DNA of 64,000 nucleotides, from the NCBI GenBank assembly GCA_963662435.1, contig OY759598.1, positions 62,001 to 126,000 on the forward strand, written 5' to 3'. Of this stretch, positions 40,111-50,321 are shown piece after piece. This DNA comes from Dehalococcoidia bacterium (GTDB taxonomy: Bacteria; Chloroflexota; Dehalococcoidia; Lucifugimonadales; VXLM01). Position numbers and translations under genes: made by a program. Numbering within the stretch: position 1 is the stretch's first letter; every line of letters starts with the position of its first letter. The notes beneath the pieces were generated by a model, which saw nothing but the letters and a program-made list of their open reading frames with translations, was not told where the DNA came from and searched no databases.

Positions 40111-41451
40111 CTAGTTCTGGCTCCCCTGTTCAATATCAGTCCATTCAGAACCTGATAGGTATAATTCGTGTTCCGCAACTTCAGTCACTCTTCCTTCGAC
40201 TATGTCAACCATACTTGTTAATTCCTCACACCGTACTTCGACTCGCACATTCGCGTTCACATCAATTCCGTGATTCCTATCCCAGAATTCAATCTTGTGC
40301 GTCCATACGTCTCCGTTGTCTTCCCCTCCAAATCTCCTGTCGGTCTCGTCGTAGTTCTCCTTGTAGAAGATTCGTCCTTCTCTCACTATTCGGAGAGATC
40401 GGCCTCCGCCATCCACAGTGACCATAGAAGGGCTGGTGAGCAATGTGGCGAGATAGCATCGGGCATCAGTCTGGCTTCTCGCCTTGGCAGATACTGCTAC
40501 TAGTCCTCCTTGGAGCGGTGTGATGTACCATAGCCCATCTGGACCACGATCTATGAATCCGAGGGGCGTACCTCCAGGCGTTTCGACGACGCCTCTTTGT
40601 TCTTTCTCCGGGCCCAACCACTTCACGCATGGGATCACGTCCCGTGGCTGGCTAGACAGCACATCCAAGGTGCTTGCGAAGTAACTAACGGCTAGGTCTG
40701 CGGTCTCTAGGAGGGCCTTGTATGCATTGCATGTGAGGTCTGCCATAAAGTCGTCACCAATGTCGAAGCCTTTTTGGACAGCTTCAGCTAGAGCATCACA
40801 CGATGTATTGAATCCTCGCCGCCACTCAATGTACGAATGGATAGATTCTTCCTTTGCTGTCCCCGGGCCGTAGGCCATAACTGCCGTGGGCCACATGGCG
40901 TGTTGGACCGCTCGTTCCACTCTATTCGCAACGGTCCCCATTGGCCGCCTGTCAATGGCCCTGAGTATTTCACCTAGTCCGTGCAGAAGCTCCATGTGTA
41001 TCGAGAGGAACATTTGACGGAGTAGGAGGTCATCCATTGACTGGTTCAGTTCCCAATAGCGGATATCCTGGAATGCGTTATCTGACCCGACGGCTTCAAG
41101 GTATCCTTGCAGCGTCTTGAGATGTTTCATTTTGGCAGTATTCGGGTTGTACCGGTAGTGCCGCACAGCAGCCTCGAAGGTTTCTCTCAAGAATTGTGCC
41201 GATACTGGGTCATGCAGAACCAGTTCTTGGAATTGACTCCCAAGGTCGTGGGTTTTCACCAATGGTCCTCCCGACCTGTCTATGAGAAACTTGATTGCTC
41301 TTTCTATGGAGAGATGCGCAATGGATACCCGATTCATGACCTGTACAACGGTTATTTCGGGGATAAAGTCTCCACTGACTGGTTCATTCTCTAGAATGCG
41401 GATCACGTCCCTAATGGAGTGCCCTATTATGGCCCGTTGCCTATCTGACAT
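40111..41451 (-). CDS. Hypothetical protein with N-terminal HEPN-like domain
   Basis: AHLSIERAIK...KTHDL...IRY pattern of HEPN domains; visibly lower GC than its neighbours. Confidence 0.55.
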   Translation of the reverse strand: MSDRQRAIIGHSIRDVIRILENEPVSGDFIPEITVVQVMNRVSIAHLSIERAIKFLIDRSGGPLVKTHDLGSQFQELVLHDPVSAQFLRETFEAAVRHYRYNPNTAKMKHLKTLQGYLEAVGSDNAFQDIRYWELNQSMDDLLLRQMFLSIHMELLHGLGEILRAIDRRPMGTVANRVERAVQHAMWPTAVMAYGPGTAKEESIHSYIEWRRGFNTSCDALAEAVQKGFDIGDDFMADLTCNAYKALLETADLAVSYFASTLDVLSSQPRDVIPCVKWLGPEKEQRGVVETPGGTPLGFIDRGPDGLWYITPLQGGLVAVSAKARSQTDARCYLATLLTSPSMVTVDGGGRSLRIVREGRIFYKENYDETDRRFGGEDNGDVWTHKIEFWDRNHGIDVNANVRVEVRCEELTSMVDIVEGRVTEVAEHELYLSGSEWTDIEQGSQN

Positions 41452-41635
41452 TCTTCGCCCTCTTTCTGCTTTTACCTCTTGACCTGGTTGTGAATTGGGC
41501 AGCCCAAATATGGTAGTTGAGCCTCCAAGGGTGAATTTCGACAGCTGCCAGGCAGCTGTCTACGCCGGGATTAGATAAAGCAACTAAGGGCGCCACAGAG
41601 TTGGCTGATCTGCCTGCCCTAAACTTACTGGGAAA

Positions 41636-41824
41636 TGGTCTGCTGGCGATCCTGCCACTCTCCGCCTCGTCGATGTACTCCCTTGCCACGATGTGGCCGT
41701 CCTTGTCGGCGTAGTCTCTGAGCACCCGCAGCCGTGCGACCACGAACAGGTCCACGTCCTGGCGGTCGCTGGACACCCTAGCGTAGAGGGCGACGGGCGT
41801 CGCGTCCTCTGTGTGGTTATTCAT
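41636..41824 (-). pseudogene. N-terminal fragment of a third LSR
   Basis: MNNHTEDATPVALYARVSSDRQDVDL...EYIDEAESGRIASRP, then homology stops; GAGGAGG RBS. Confidence 0.85.
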
Positions 41825-41864
41825 GCTCGTCCTCCTCGAATCGGATGTACTCAAGTTCACCCCT

Positions 41865-42287
41865 CTAGCCGTCCACCAGCTCGATGCGGTCGCCGTAACG
41901 GCGAAAGTCCGCTCCGTTGAACGTCAGCAGCCGATGCTCTCCGTGGGCCAGCATGGTCGCCACGATGTTGGCGTCGTGAATCTGCCGTCCGCCAACCATG
42001 ACCTCGCTGCACAGTCCCACCAGCGCAGCGGTGACCGAGGGGCCGTCCTCAAGTATCTCGAAGCTTCCCAGCAGTCTGCTCACGTCGTCGAAGGCTTCCG
42101 CGCGGCTGATGCCCACGCTCCACGTCTGCGGTCGGGTGACGACGGCCAGGTACTCCCGTATCACTTGGCGGCTGATCCGTAGCGGCTCGGAGTCTTTAAA
42201 GGCCCGTTCAAGGCTTGCCCTGGCCCCGTCATGGTCCGGCGCGGCGGGGATGCGAGCCTTCACCAGCACGTTGGTATCCATGAACAT
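41865..42287 (-). CDS. PIN-domain (VapC-like) toxin
   Basis: FMDTNVLV, QVIREY, IHDANIVATM, LLTFN..DF. Confidence 0.9.
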   Translation of the reverse strand: MFMDTNVLVKARIPAAPDHDGARASLERAFKDSEPLRISRQVIREYLAVVTRPQTWSVGISRAEAFDDVSRLLGSFEILEDGPSVTAALVGLCSEVMVGGRQIHDANIVATMLAHGEHRLLTFNGADFRRYGDRIELVDG

Positions 42288-42294
42288 GGCCGGT

Positions 42295-42699
42295 CTACAC
42301 CCTCTCCTCGTAGAGGTCCTCTCGCCTGAGGCTCAGACCTTCCGGCCACACGGCGGTGGGGTGGACGGGCCACGCCACGTCGAGGGACAGCCGGGGCACG
42401 GAAGTGGGCTGCGTTCGCCGGAACGTCAGCGTCTCGGCCTCCATGTCCACCTCGGCCGTCTCCCATCCGGCGACGCTCCAGGCGAGGGCGTGGCTGTGGC
42501 CATTGCCGCCCCGCTGGTTCCCCCACCAGGGCCGGTGCAGCCGTGCGGACGGGGGCAGCTCGAAACCCATGACCGCCTCGACCTCGATGAAGGAGGCTCT
42601 CCACTCCTGGCGCTGAAGGCTGTTGAGGTAGGTGTACAGTCGCTGATACTTGCCCCGGAGCACCATCTCCAGATGTCTGTCCTTACGGTCTACGGCCAT
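42295..42699 (-). CDS. DUF7662-like protein, putative antitoxin
   Basis: KY..LY.YL...SF.EVE..MGF.LP.SA...WW.N...AW..AGW; C-terminal LRREDLYE; AAGGAG RBS. Confidence 0.7.
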   Translation of the reverse strand: MAVDRKDRHLEMVLRGKYQRLYTYLNSLQRQEWRASFIEVEAVMGFELPPSARLHRPWWGNQRGGNGHSHALAWSVAGWETAEVDMEAETLTFRRTQPTSVPRLSLDVAWPVHPTAVWPEGLSLRREDLYEERV

Positions 42700-42754
42700 G
42701 TCACGTCTCCTTCGTCGCGGCTTCCCCCGAGTCAGGGGCTGTATGTCCATCCGC

Positions 42755-42783
42755 ATTATAGTGAGTTAGTGATTGCGGCACAA
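42755..42783 (-). promoter_or_regulatory. sigma70 promoter of the TA pair
   Basis: TTGTGC-N17-TATAAT on the minus strand. Confidence 0.6.
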
Positions 42784-43151
42784 GCCCGATGCCCCTGCCA
42801 GCGGGGGCGCGCAAGGGGACCCCTTGCAGGTTCTCTGAAAACAGAGGGTGTCGGCGCAGTGCGGGGGGTGTACAGGAGATTGCGTCTTGTCGGTGACGCA
42901 TCAAACGGGTCGCGGCAAAGCTACAACGAGGGCAAATTGGCCTCCTAATCGGAATAATCAGTGAACACTTTGTTGAAAGGCCTGGTTCCGGACGGCAATG
43001 ACATCGCCAAACGGGGAGAATGACATCGGCTGTCCGGCTGGAGCGACGTCCCGATTACATTAGGCCCCGAAAAATGCGATTGAAGTGGGGGTGCGTTACG
43101 TCCTCCGAAGATGCGGCCAGAGACCGGGGTGACAGACCGACAGTGCTTCCT

Positions 43152-43607
43152 CTACCTCAGCACAAACCACCACACGAGAACGCCGCCGACCACGAGCAGC
43201 ATGACAACGACTAGGCCGAGCTTGACGGCCAACCGCCTCGTCCTCCCGTGCTCGGCGAGCTCCTTCCCGTACGCCTTTTCGAGTTCCCTGTGTGCCTGTA
43301 TGGCAGCGGTTTCGGACTCCCGGGCCGCATCCCGATCCCGCTCCAACCTGGCCCGCTCCTGCTCCCAATCCGAAGCGCTCCGCTCCAACTCCCGCACCGT
43401 CCGCGCCAGTTCATCCTCCCTGATGATGGCCCGGCGCAGCAACTCCTCGTCGTTGATGTACTCTCCAACCATCCGCACGTAGACTCGGCGTCCCTCCCGG
43501 CGGATCTCGACCTCTCCTGTTCTGATCTTCCGGTCGAGGGTGGACAAGGACACCTCCAACTCCTCCGCCGCCTCCGCTTTCGTCACCCACCGGATGGGTT
43601 CATTCAT
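43152..43607 (-). CDS. MerR/Xis-like HTH - coiled coil - C-terminal TM protein
   Basis: VTKAEAAEELEVSLSTLDRKIRTG; heptad-rich middle; LGLVVVMLLVVGGVLVWWFV. Confidence 0.75.
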   Translation of the reverse strand: MNEPIRWVTKAEAAEELEVSLSTLDRKIRTGEVEIRREGRRVYVRMVGEYINDEELLRRAIIREDELARTVRELERSASDWEQERARLERDRDAARESETAAIQAHRELEKAYGKELAEHGRTRRLAVKLGLVVVMLLVVGGVLVWWFVLR

Positions 43608-43629
43608 CGCATCTTCCCCTCCTATCGGC

Positions 43630-43871
43630 TGACACGTCAAGGTTGCAAAAGTGCAAGTACGTTGTCATCGGGTTGGTCCGTTATTTTAGCACAGCTTCGC
43701 GATTTGGGGCCTGATACGTTGCGACACGTCAGAGTGATGCGTCAACGCCGTTTTGTAGCTAAAACAGGGGGAAATGGGGCGGAAATCCTGGAACAGCGGT
43801 TCCGAATATCACCCCCTCTGCCGCAGGTTTGCAGCCCCCAGACGGCAGGAAGGGCAAATAGCGATGCGTCA
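43630..43871. repeat. Cluster of 10-bp quasi-palindromes YGAYRCGTCA
   Basis: 43630 TGACACGTCA, 43712 TGATACGTTG, 43722 CGACACGTCA, 43735 TGATGCGTCA, 43862 CGATGCGTCA; also 42894 (reverse) and 45707. Confidence 0.75.
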
Positions 43872-43899
43872 GCGCTATCTATGTGTCACCCCTATAGGA

Positions 43900-45606
43900 C
43901 TACCCCTCTACAGGACTGGGACGCATCCGGTGGTACAGTGAGTCGTAGGTGTATTCACTCATGCTGGACAGCGCCAGTCGAGGGGAGGCCGGCTCCCACA
44001 GGGGACGCCAGGACTCCCCCAGTATCCCCCTCCGTGACAATACGGGCGTGCAGGAGACCAGGATGGGCAGCGACATCCGGTTCATCACGGCGGCGGTGTT
44101 GACGTAGGTGTCCTCGACCTCTTCACTGTCCACGACGAACAGCGTGACGGGGTACGGCGGCTGGTCTTCCTCTGGCTCCGGTGACCAGTAGTATCTGTCA
44201 TAGGGTTCGAGGCGGGCACTGATTCCCCTGGGGTGGCGGGCGCGCAACTCGTGCTCAAGGTAGAACGGCACGTGGTGGCCGTCAGTGAGCAGATGCCCCA
44301 CGGCGTCGGGGGCTATGGCTGACCGGCCCCAGTTGTAGGCCCGGTCGGACCGGGCGGTGGGCACGGACCACAGCAGATCGCTGTCGGGGTAGTCCCTGGC
44401 CTCGGCCTGAAGCTTCGACAGGAACCAGGTGATGCCGTCGGCGTGCCTCGTCTGCCGCGCCCACGTCTCAATACGGTGGCCCACATGCCGTCTGCGGCCC
44501 TCTTTGTCGGTGGTGAGCTCCGTGCTCCAGATGCCCCGCGTGGTGGGCAGCTCGGCCCGGTCCCGGTGGGTGACGTAGCGAATGCCCTCGTCGGACAGCG
44601 TGTAGCGCCTGTCGCCACGCTTTCCTCGTTGCTCGACAAGGCCCCAGGTCTTCACTAAGCCGTGCATCATCTGGCTGACCCGCCCCTCGGAGACGCCCAG
44701 CCAGGCGGCCAGATGCTCGCGGGGGATCATCGGGTGGTCGGTGATGAGGTCGAGGGTCCGCTTCTCAGAAGGACTGAGGCCGAAGGCGGGTGCAGCCTGC
44801 GCCATCCGCTCAGGATGGGTCAGAGAGGCCCGTTTGCGCTCCGGCGACGCGGTGGAGGGTCTCCTGCCGGGACTGCCCTGGGAGATCACGTGCTCAAGGG
44901 TGTGGTACGTGTTCCCGACTAACCCGGTGGTTTCCTGCCAGACGCGGCGGTCCCGTCGTTCCAGTGCCCACCTGGACTCCACGGCGATGAAGAAGTCCCT
45001 GAGATAGGCGCGGTCGCAGAACCTCCCCGTGAGCCTTCTCTCCCACACACTGGGAACCAGGATCAGCACGACGTCCGGGCGGCGGCTGTAGTCGTACTCG
45101 GCCAAGGCTCGCAGCCGGTCGTGGAGCGAGCGCCGCCGCAGGGCCAGGCCCTGACGCACCACGCCGAAGTCCCGGCCGTCGTGGAGGGTGACGGTGGCGT
45201 CGAAGCGGCCCCTGCGGTGGAACTCCACGCGGGTCCTGCGTCCGTCCGTGCCGGGGGACATGGTGGCGGCGAGTCGGTAGACGGAGGCCACGGCGTCCAT
45301 CCTGCGAATGAGCAGGGTCAGCCATTCCCTGGACATGGGGTAGGCACGCACGAAGTCCGAGGGGGAGGCGAAGCCCAGGAAGTCGGCGGCTTCCCGGATG
45401 CCCTGCGTTGTCAGGTGGTATCTCCCACTCGACGGCAGGTGGACGGTGCCGTGGTTGCCACGACCGGCCATGCCGTCGGCCAGCAACTCGGACAGCCTGC
45501 GATGGACGGTCGCGTGCGGTTCGCCCAGGACGAGCGCCAATTCCGTCGATTCGACGAACGGCATCCGGGCGAGTGCGTCGAGTAGATTTCGGTTTGAGAG
45601 AGACAT
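43900..45606 (-). CDS. Replication-relaxation (Replic_Relax) family protein with duplicated wHTH-nuclease architecture
   Basis: Two wHTH...Y.L(T/S)..G units; H..GI..F, PDAVG...FYLEHE PD-(D/E)xK-like motif in the second half. Confidence 0.7.
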   Translation of the reverse strand: MSLSNRNLLDALARMPFVESTELALVLGEPHATVHRRLSELLADGMAGRGNHGTVHLPSSGRYHLTTQGIREAADFLGFASPSDFVRAYPMSREWLTLLIRRMDAVASVYRLAATMSPGTDGRRTRVEFHRRGRFDATVTLHDGRDFGVVRQGLALRRRSLHDRLRALAEYDYSRRPDVVLILVPSVWERRLTGRFCDRAYLRDFFIAVESRWALERRDRRVWQETTGLVGNTYHTLEHVISQGSPGRRPSTASPERKRASLTHPERMAQAAPAFGLSPSEKRTLDLITDHPMIPREHLAAWLGVSEGRVSQMMHGLVKTWGLVEQRGKRGDRRYTLSDEGIRYVTHRDRAELPTTRGIWSTELTTDKEGRRRHVGHRIETWARQTRHADGITWFLSKLQAEARDYPDSDLLWSVPTARSDRAYNWGRSAIAPDAVGHLLTDGHHVPFYLEHELRARHPRGISARLEPYDRYYWSPEPEEDQPPYPVTLFVVDSEEVEDTYVNTAAVMNRMSLPILVSCTPVLSRRGILGESWRPLWEPASPRLALSSMSEYTYDSLYHRMRPSPVEG

Positions 45607-45733
45607 ATTGCGAGCGTAGCGATTTCCAAGTACAGCGGGCAACTACCGCGTGGCAATCGGGTCTCATGTAGGGCACTGTTGGGTGTCGCTGTAATGCGCG
45701 ATTAGATGACACGTCGAGCGGCCGGGCACATGG

Positions 45734-46777
45734 CTACAACCTAGTGACGCGCGTTGAGAAGGTCTCCGTCACGCCACCACGTCTTGCGGGATACCGATAC
45801 GGTGAACGCAGTTCCCTCTGCAAACGTTTTGAAACACTCACCCTGTCGGCTCGTCGCTTGATGCGCAAGAAAGACAGGTTCAAGCCGACGTTGGGGGTTT
45901 GTTCAAAGCTATGAGCGAGGAAGTGTTGCGGGTTTTCATCGCTGCTAAATTCGTCTAGCACGATATGGGTACTCTGCCTGAAGTGAGCATACTTGGACGT
46001 AAGATTCTCGACAGAATGAGATTGCCCAACATCGCTGAAATAGAGATTGTTGCTGGCGGAAATCATCTGGAGGCCGTTGAGAGCCTCAACATCAGCTTCG
46101 GTCGGTGATTTCTTCTTGACGTAGTCGTAAACATCTTTGTCATACACCACTAACATGTGTCTTGGCGACAAAGGCAAGAAAACCTGAATCCCGGTTTGCC
46201 GGAGCCCGGTGGTGCCATGGTCTTGGATTTCTTGGAGGTATTGGTTGTACTTGAAAACGGGATTGTCACTGGTGATGAAGGTGTCAGTTGCGGTTTCCAC
46301 GACGATTGACTTCAGATCTCTCATCCCTTTAGCTACATCGTCAGACATCCGCAGGTTAAAGACAGGGAGGTCCGCCGCCTCAACGGCATGGAATCGATTC
46401 TCTCTGATGCTTTCGTCATCAGTTGTCTCTCCTCTTAGCAGTTCTTGAAACTTGGTGTAGGTTAGTGCTGTTCGCATGGTATGTGAAGGCGTGCGTAAGA
46501 GCTGGACCGCTATGAATTGACGGAGGGTATCCAGATCGTACTCGCGCTCGCTGTTGCACATGGCCATTATCGTGACGGCGGCTCGCTTTTCGAGCTCCGC
46601 TAGCGCGTTTTCAATTCGATCGCTTCGGTAGTAATCCGGCTTAGCACACTCGTGTTTGATGCTTGCGTCCACTATCGTTCGGCCACGACGGATGTTGTGA
46701 AGATTAATGCGCCTGCATCGGCTCTTGAAGCGCCGCAGGTAGAATCTTGGAACGTAGTGATGTTGCCTTGTGGGCAT
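45734..46777 (-). CDS. DUF4238 domain protein
   Basis: QHHYVPRFYLRRF, IENAL..LE, QLLRTP, FITSDNPV, LPLSP. Confidence 0.85.
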   Translation of the reverse strand: MPTRQHHYVPRFYLRRFKSRCRRINLHNIRRGRTIVDASIKHECAKPDYYRSDRIENALAELEKRAAVTIMAMCNSEREYDLDTLRQFIAVQLLRTPSHTMRTALTYTKFQELLRGETTDDESIRENRFHAVEAADLPVFNLRMSDDVAKGMRDLKSIVVETATDTFITSDNPVFKYNQYLQEIQDHGTTGLRQTGIQVFLPLSPRHMLVVYDKDVYDYVKKKSPTEADVEALNGLQMISASNNLYFSDVGQSHSVENLTSKYAHFRQSTHIVLDEFSSDENPQHFLAHSFEQTPNVGLNLSFLRIKRRADRVSVSKRLQRELRSPYRYPARRGGVTETFSTRVTRL

Positions 46778-46941
46778 GGTGAAACGCGGCTCCACTAATA
46801 GCATTCAATGGTAAGGATATTTATGCCCTGTCGTCCCAATGTCGTGGGCGGTAGCTTGAAGAGTAGGGCAGCGAATTCAAGACATTGACGGGGAAGCTTT
46901 GGCGGACCCTCTATTGTTAAGTGAAGCAACAGGGCACTCCT

Positions 46942-47241
46942 CTACCTTGCTATTTCGTGCTCTCTCCAGTCGGGCACGTGCGCTGTCATGAGCGCCTTGA
47001 AGAGTTTCCCGTGGTTCGGAACACGCAGATGAAGCAACTCGTGGGCGATAACGAAGTCTTGGAACTCGACATCCTGACTTCCCAAGTCGGTTGCGAGGGT
47101 GATCGTGCCGGCAGTCGAGCAGGAACCCCACTTGCGGGTCATGCCTCGGACGCGCACACGCGGCGCAGGGACGTGGAGGCGCTCTGACCAATAGTCCACC
47201 CGTTGCCGTAAGTCTCTGGGGCTGTCGTCACGCCTCGGCAT
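46942..47241 (-). CDS. Short YgjP/M48 (DUF45) family metal-dependent hydrolase
   Basis: [16 protein letters not shown]...H...F; overlaps the hsdR stop. Confidence 0.88.
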   Translation of the reverse strand: MPRRDDSPRDLRQRVDYWSERLHVPAPRVRVRGMTRKWGSCSTAGTITLATDLGSQDVEFQDFVIAHELLHLRVPNHGKLFKALMTAHVPDWREHEIAR

Positions 47242-50221
47242 CGGAGTCTCCGCCCAGAAGTATCGCCAGGGTTTGGTCCACGATCCGGCCTCGCTCATGG
47301 CTCTCCACCTTCAGCAGGGGGTTGTACAGCGAAGTCCTCAGCCGTCGATGCTCGTCGGCGTTGACGGCGGCGTTGGGAAAGCGGCCCACAAGCGCCTGGG
47401 CCTCCTCTGCGAACTCCTTAGCACTCACACCGGCCGCTTGGAGGGCGGCGTTCTCCTTCAGCGTCCAATACACCCCGAATGCCCTTGGTGGCAGTGTGCT
47501 GTCCTTTGCGGCGGCGACGGCGGCCTCCTTCTCTTTGGCGATGACCTCCAATATGTCCATCGCTGCGAGTCCGGTTGTCGTTCGCTCTTCAAGGCCCTTC
47601 AGCACAGACTCGGCGCGTTCCTTGAGAGGCCGTAGCACGGCCTCCAACCCTGCCTCGCTCTCTACCTCCGTCTGAAGGCCACGCACCAGGTTGAACACTT
47701 TGGCCTCGTCTGGCCCCGATTCCTTCCGCAGAGCCTCAAGGGTGCGAAGGTCGAAAGTCACGGACTTGGTCAGGTTGCCGAGGCCGTACATCGCAGCCGA
47801 CTCTTCCACGAGCCGCTGGGTCTTGTGGGCCAAGTCTGCCACGAAGTCAGGACGGTCGGCGTAGGCGTTGCGTACGACGGCGTAAAGACGGGTTAGACGG
47901 CCAAAAGTGTCGATGTGGTCGCGCAACTCCGCGGACGGCGAGAGTATCTCCCACAACGCCTCGATCTCCTTGTATGCCGAGAAAAACCCCTTGCGAGCAT
48001 CGGGATCGAGAAAACGGGTGTACACCACCTGCTCCAATCGCTCGTCTGCGCCCCCTCCTGCGGTGGCATAGGCTGCTCGCGTCTCGGCTACTCTGCCGCC
48101 ATCCGCATTGTCCAGGTATCTTGCCTTCGCCTCGGCAATCTTGTCGTGGAAGTCGTGCATCAGCAGGTCGAGGTCCTCGATGACGCCGCTCACGTCGGAC
48201 GAGTCGAACTGCAGCGCCTTCCTCAGCTCGCGCAGCACGCCCACGAAGTCCACGACAAGTCCGATGGGCTTGCCGATGCCATCTGCGTCCACATATGGCC
48301 GGTTCACTCGAGCAATCGCCTGTAAGAGGACATGGTCGCGCATCGGCTTGTCCAGGTACATGCAGTACAGCAACGGCGCGTCGAAGCCGGTCAGCATCTT
48401 ATCGGTGACGATGAGCAGCTTCGGGTCCTCGCTCGTCTTCTTGAACATCAGGCGGACGTCCTTCTCCCGCTCTTCCGACAGCTGGAGCTTGGCGACGAGT
48501 GGCCTTTCCACAGCGTCGTTGGCATTCTCCGAATACACCGGCACGGTCCATTCTGGTGGAAGCAGCTTGTCCAGCGCCCGCTTGTACTTGGCGCATGCCT
48601 CGCGGTTCACGCCTACCAGGAACGCCTTGTAGCCGAGGGGCAGCACGTTCTCCCGAAAGTGCTGAGCGACGAACGCCGCCACCTTCTCGATACGGTCGTC
48701 GGCGGTGAGGAAGGTGCGCAAGCTCACGGCCCGGTCAAGCACGCGGTTGAGCTCATCGACGTCGGTGACGCCTTCCATCTCGGCCAGGGCGAAGAACTCC
48801 CGGTCGAGCTGGGCAGCGGGCACCGTCATTTCGCTGGGCGCCATCATGTGGCGTATGGGCAGCGTCGTCTCATCCTCAATGGACTCGGCAATCGAGTACT
48901 TGTCGAGGTAGCCCTCATCGTCGTCAGCCCCGAATATCTTGAAGGTGCCTTCTCCGTGCTCCGTTCGTGCGATGGGCGTGCCGGTGAAGCCGATGATGGT
49001 CGAGTTGGGCAGCGCGGCCATGAGGTACGTGCCTAGCTCCCTGGCCACGGAGCGGTGCGCCTCGTCGATGAACACATAGATGTTGTCGCGGGAATTGGCG
49101 TCCTTCTCGATGCCCTCGAACTTGTGGATCATCGATATGATCAGCCCTCTCCTATCGGTGGCGAGCAGTTCCCGCAGCTGCTCCTTCGAGCCGGCCCTCC
49201 AGACGGCGATGTCCTGCTGTTGCATATCGCCCAGCAGCCGTCCGACCCAGCCTGCAAGCTGGCCCTCCAACTCGGTGCGATCCACCACGACGACCACTGT
49301 GGAGTTGCCAAACTCCTTCTTGGCCTCCAGGACCAAGCGGGCGGCGGTGAGCAGCGTGAAGGTCTTGCCGGCCCCCTGAGTGTGCCAGACGAGGCCTCGG
49401 CGATTCACCGTCTCGGCGCAGCGTTCGACGATGCGGTCTACAGCCCGGCGCTGGTGTTGACGCATCACGGTTTTTCGCGTCTCGCCGTCCTCTACGTAGA
49501 AAAGGATCCAGTCGCGCAGCGTCCGCAGGAATTCTGTCGGCTCGAAGAAAGACTGTACGGCGAAGCGGTAGCTCTCTTCTTGCGGCTCCTTCCACCGCGC
49601 CATGTAGCGGCGCGACAGGTTCCACGTGACGCCGTACCAGTAGTCGAGGAGGTGAGTCACGTTGAAGAGCTGCGCGGCACCCACCAGCTCGGGCGTCTCG
49701 ATCTCATAGCGGCGCAGCTGCGTGACCCCCCGCTTGATTGCGTCGGCGTCCGTCGGATTCTTGTGCTCGACAATGGCGACCGGCACGCCGTTGACCACGA
49801 ACATCACGTCGGCGCGGTTTCCCTTGCGGGCTGGAGGCTTGAGCCGCCACTCCCAGGTCACTTGCAGGACGTTGGCCCCCGGGTCATCGAAGTCGATAAG
49901 CCTGACCTGCCGGTGACGCTGCTCAGCCTCGTCGTACCACTGCCGCTCACCCCGCAGCCAAGCCAGCATCTGCCGGTTTCCCTCGATGATCGGCGGAAGC
50001 GCCTGGATGTTCTCGACCACTGACCGGACGGCGTCGTCCGTCATCCAGGAATTGAAGCGATGCAGCGCCTCTTCCAGCACGCCGCGAAACAGCAACCCGG
50101 CCTCGCCACCTCTCATTGTGAGGGCATCCACTGGCCGTACAGGAATCCAGCCGGTCTCCGCCGCGTGACGGACCATCGGAAACTGGACGCTGCCTGCTTC
50201 TGTGATCTTCGACTCGGTCAT
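47228..50221 (-). CDS. hsdR: Type I restriction endonuclease subunit R
   Basis: RAD...NG.P...[41 protein letters not shown]. Confidence 0.95.
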   Translation of the reverse strand: MTESKITEAGSVQFPMVRHAAETGWIPVRPVDALTMRGGEAGLLFRGVLEEALHRFNSWMTDDAVRSVVENIQALPPIIEGNRQMLAWLRGERQWYDEAEQRHRQVRLIDFDDPGANVLQVTWEWRLKPPARKGNRADVMFVVNGVPVAIVEHKNPTDADAIKRGVTQLRRYEIETPELVGAAQLFNVTHLLDYWYGVTWNLSRRYMARWKEPQEESYRFAVQSFFEPTEFLRTLRDWILFYVEDGETRKTVMRQHQRRAVDRIVERCAETVNRRGLVWHTQGAGKTFTLLTAARLVLEAKKEFGNSTVVVVVDRTELEGQLAGWVGRLLGDMQQQDIAVWRAGSKEQLRELLATDRRGLIISMIHKFEGIEKDANSRDNIYVFIDEAHRSVARELGTYLMAALPNSTIIGFTGTPIARTEHGEGTFKIFGADDDEGYLDKYSIAESIEDETTLPIRHMMAPSEMTVPAAQLDREFFALAEMEGVTDVDELNRVLDRAVSLRTFLTADDRIEKVAAFVAQHFRENVLPLGYKAFLVGVNREACAKYKRALDKLLPPEWTVPVYSENANDAVERPLVAKLQLSEEREKDVRLMFKKTSEDPKLLIVTDKMLTGFDAPLLYCMYLDKPMRDHVLLQAIARVNRPYVDADGIGKPIGLVVDFVGVLRELRKALQFDSSDVSGVIEDLDLLMHDFHDKIAEAKARYLDNADGGRVAETRAAYATAGGGADERLEQVVYTRFLDPDARKGFFSAYKEIEALWEILSPSAELRDHIDTFGRLTRLYAVVRNAYADRPDFVADLAHKTQRLVEESAAMYGLGNLTKSVTFDLRTLEALRKESGPDEAKVFNLVRGLQTEVESEAGLEAVLRPLKERAESVLKGLEERTTTGLAAMDILEVIAKEKEAAVAAAKDSTLPPRAFGVYWTLKENAALQAAGVSAKEFAEEAQALVGRFPNAAVNADEHRRLRTSLYNPLLKVESHERGRIVDQTLAILLGGDSDAEA

Positions 50222-50233
50222 GGTCTGACCCCT

Positions 50234-50321
50234 ATCGCGCCCCTTGAATCCTGCATGATGACGCCTGTATCTCGCATCATCGCGCACCCGATCTCGCGCC
50301 ATCGCGCACCTATCCCGCACC
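50234..50321. repeat. Degenerate 10-bp tandem repeats ATCNCGCRYC
   Basis: Units at 50234, 50269, 50279, 50291, 50301 and 50312. Confidence 0.7.
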
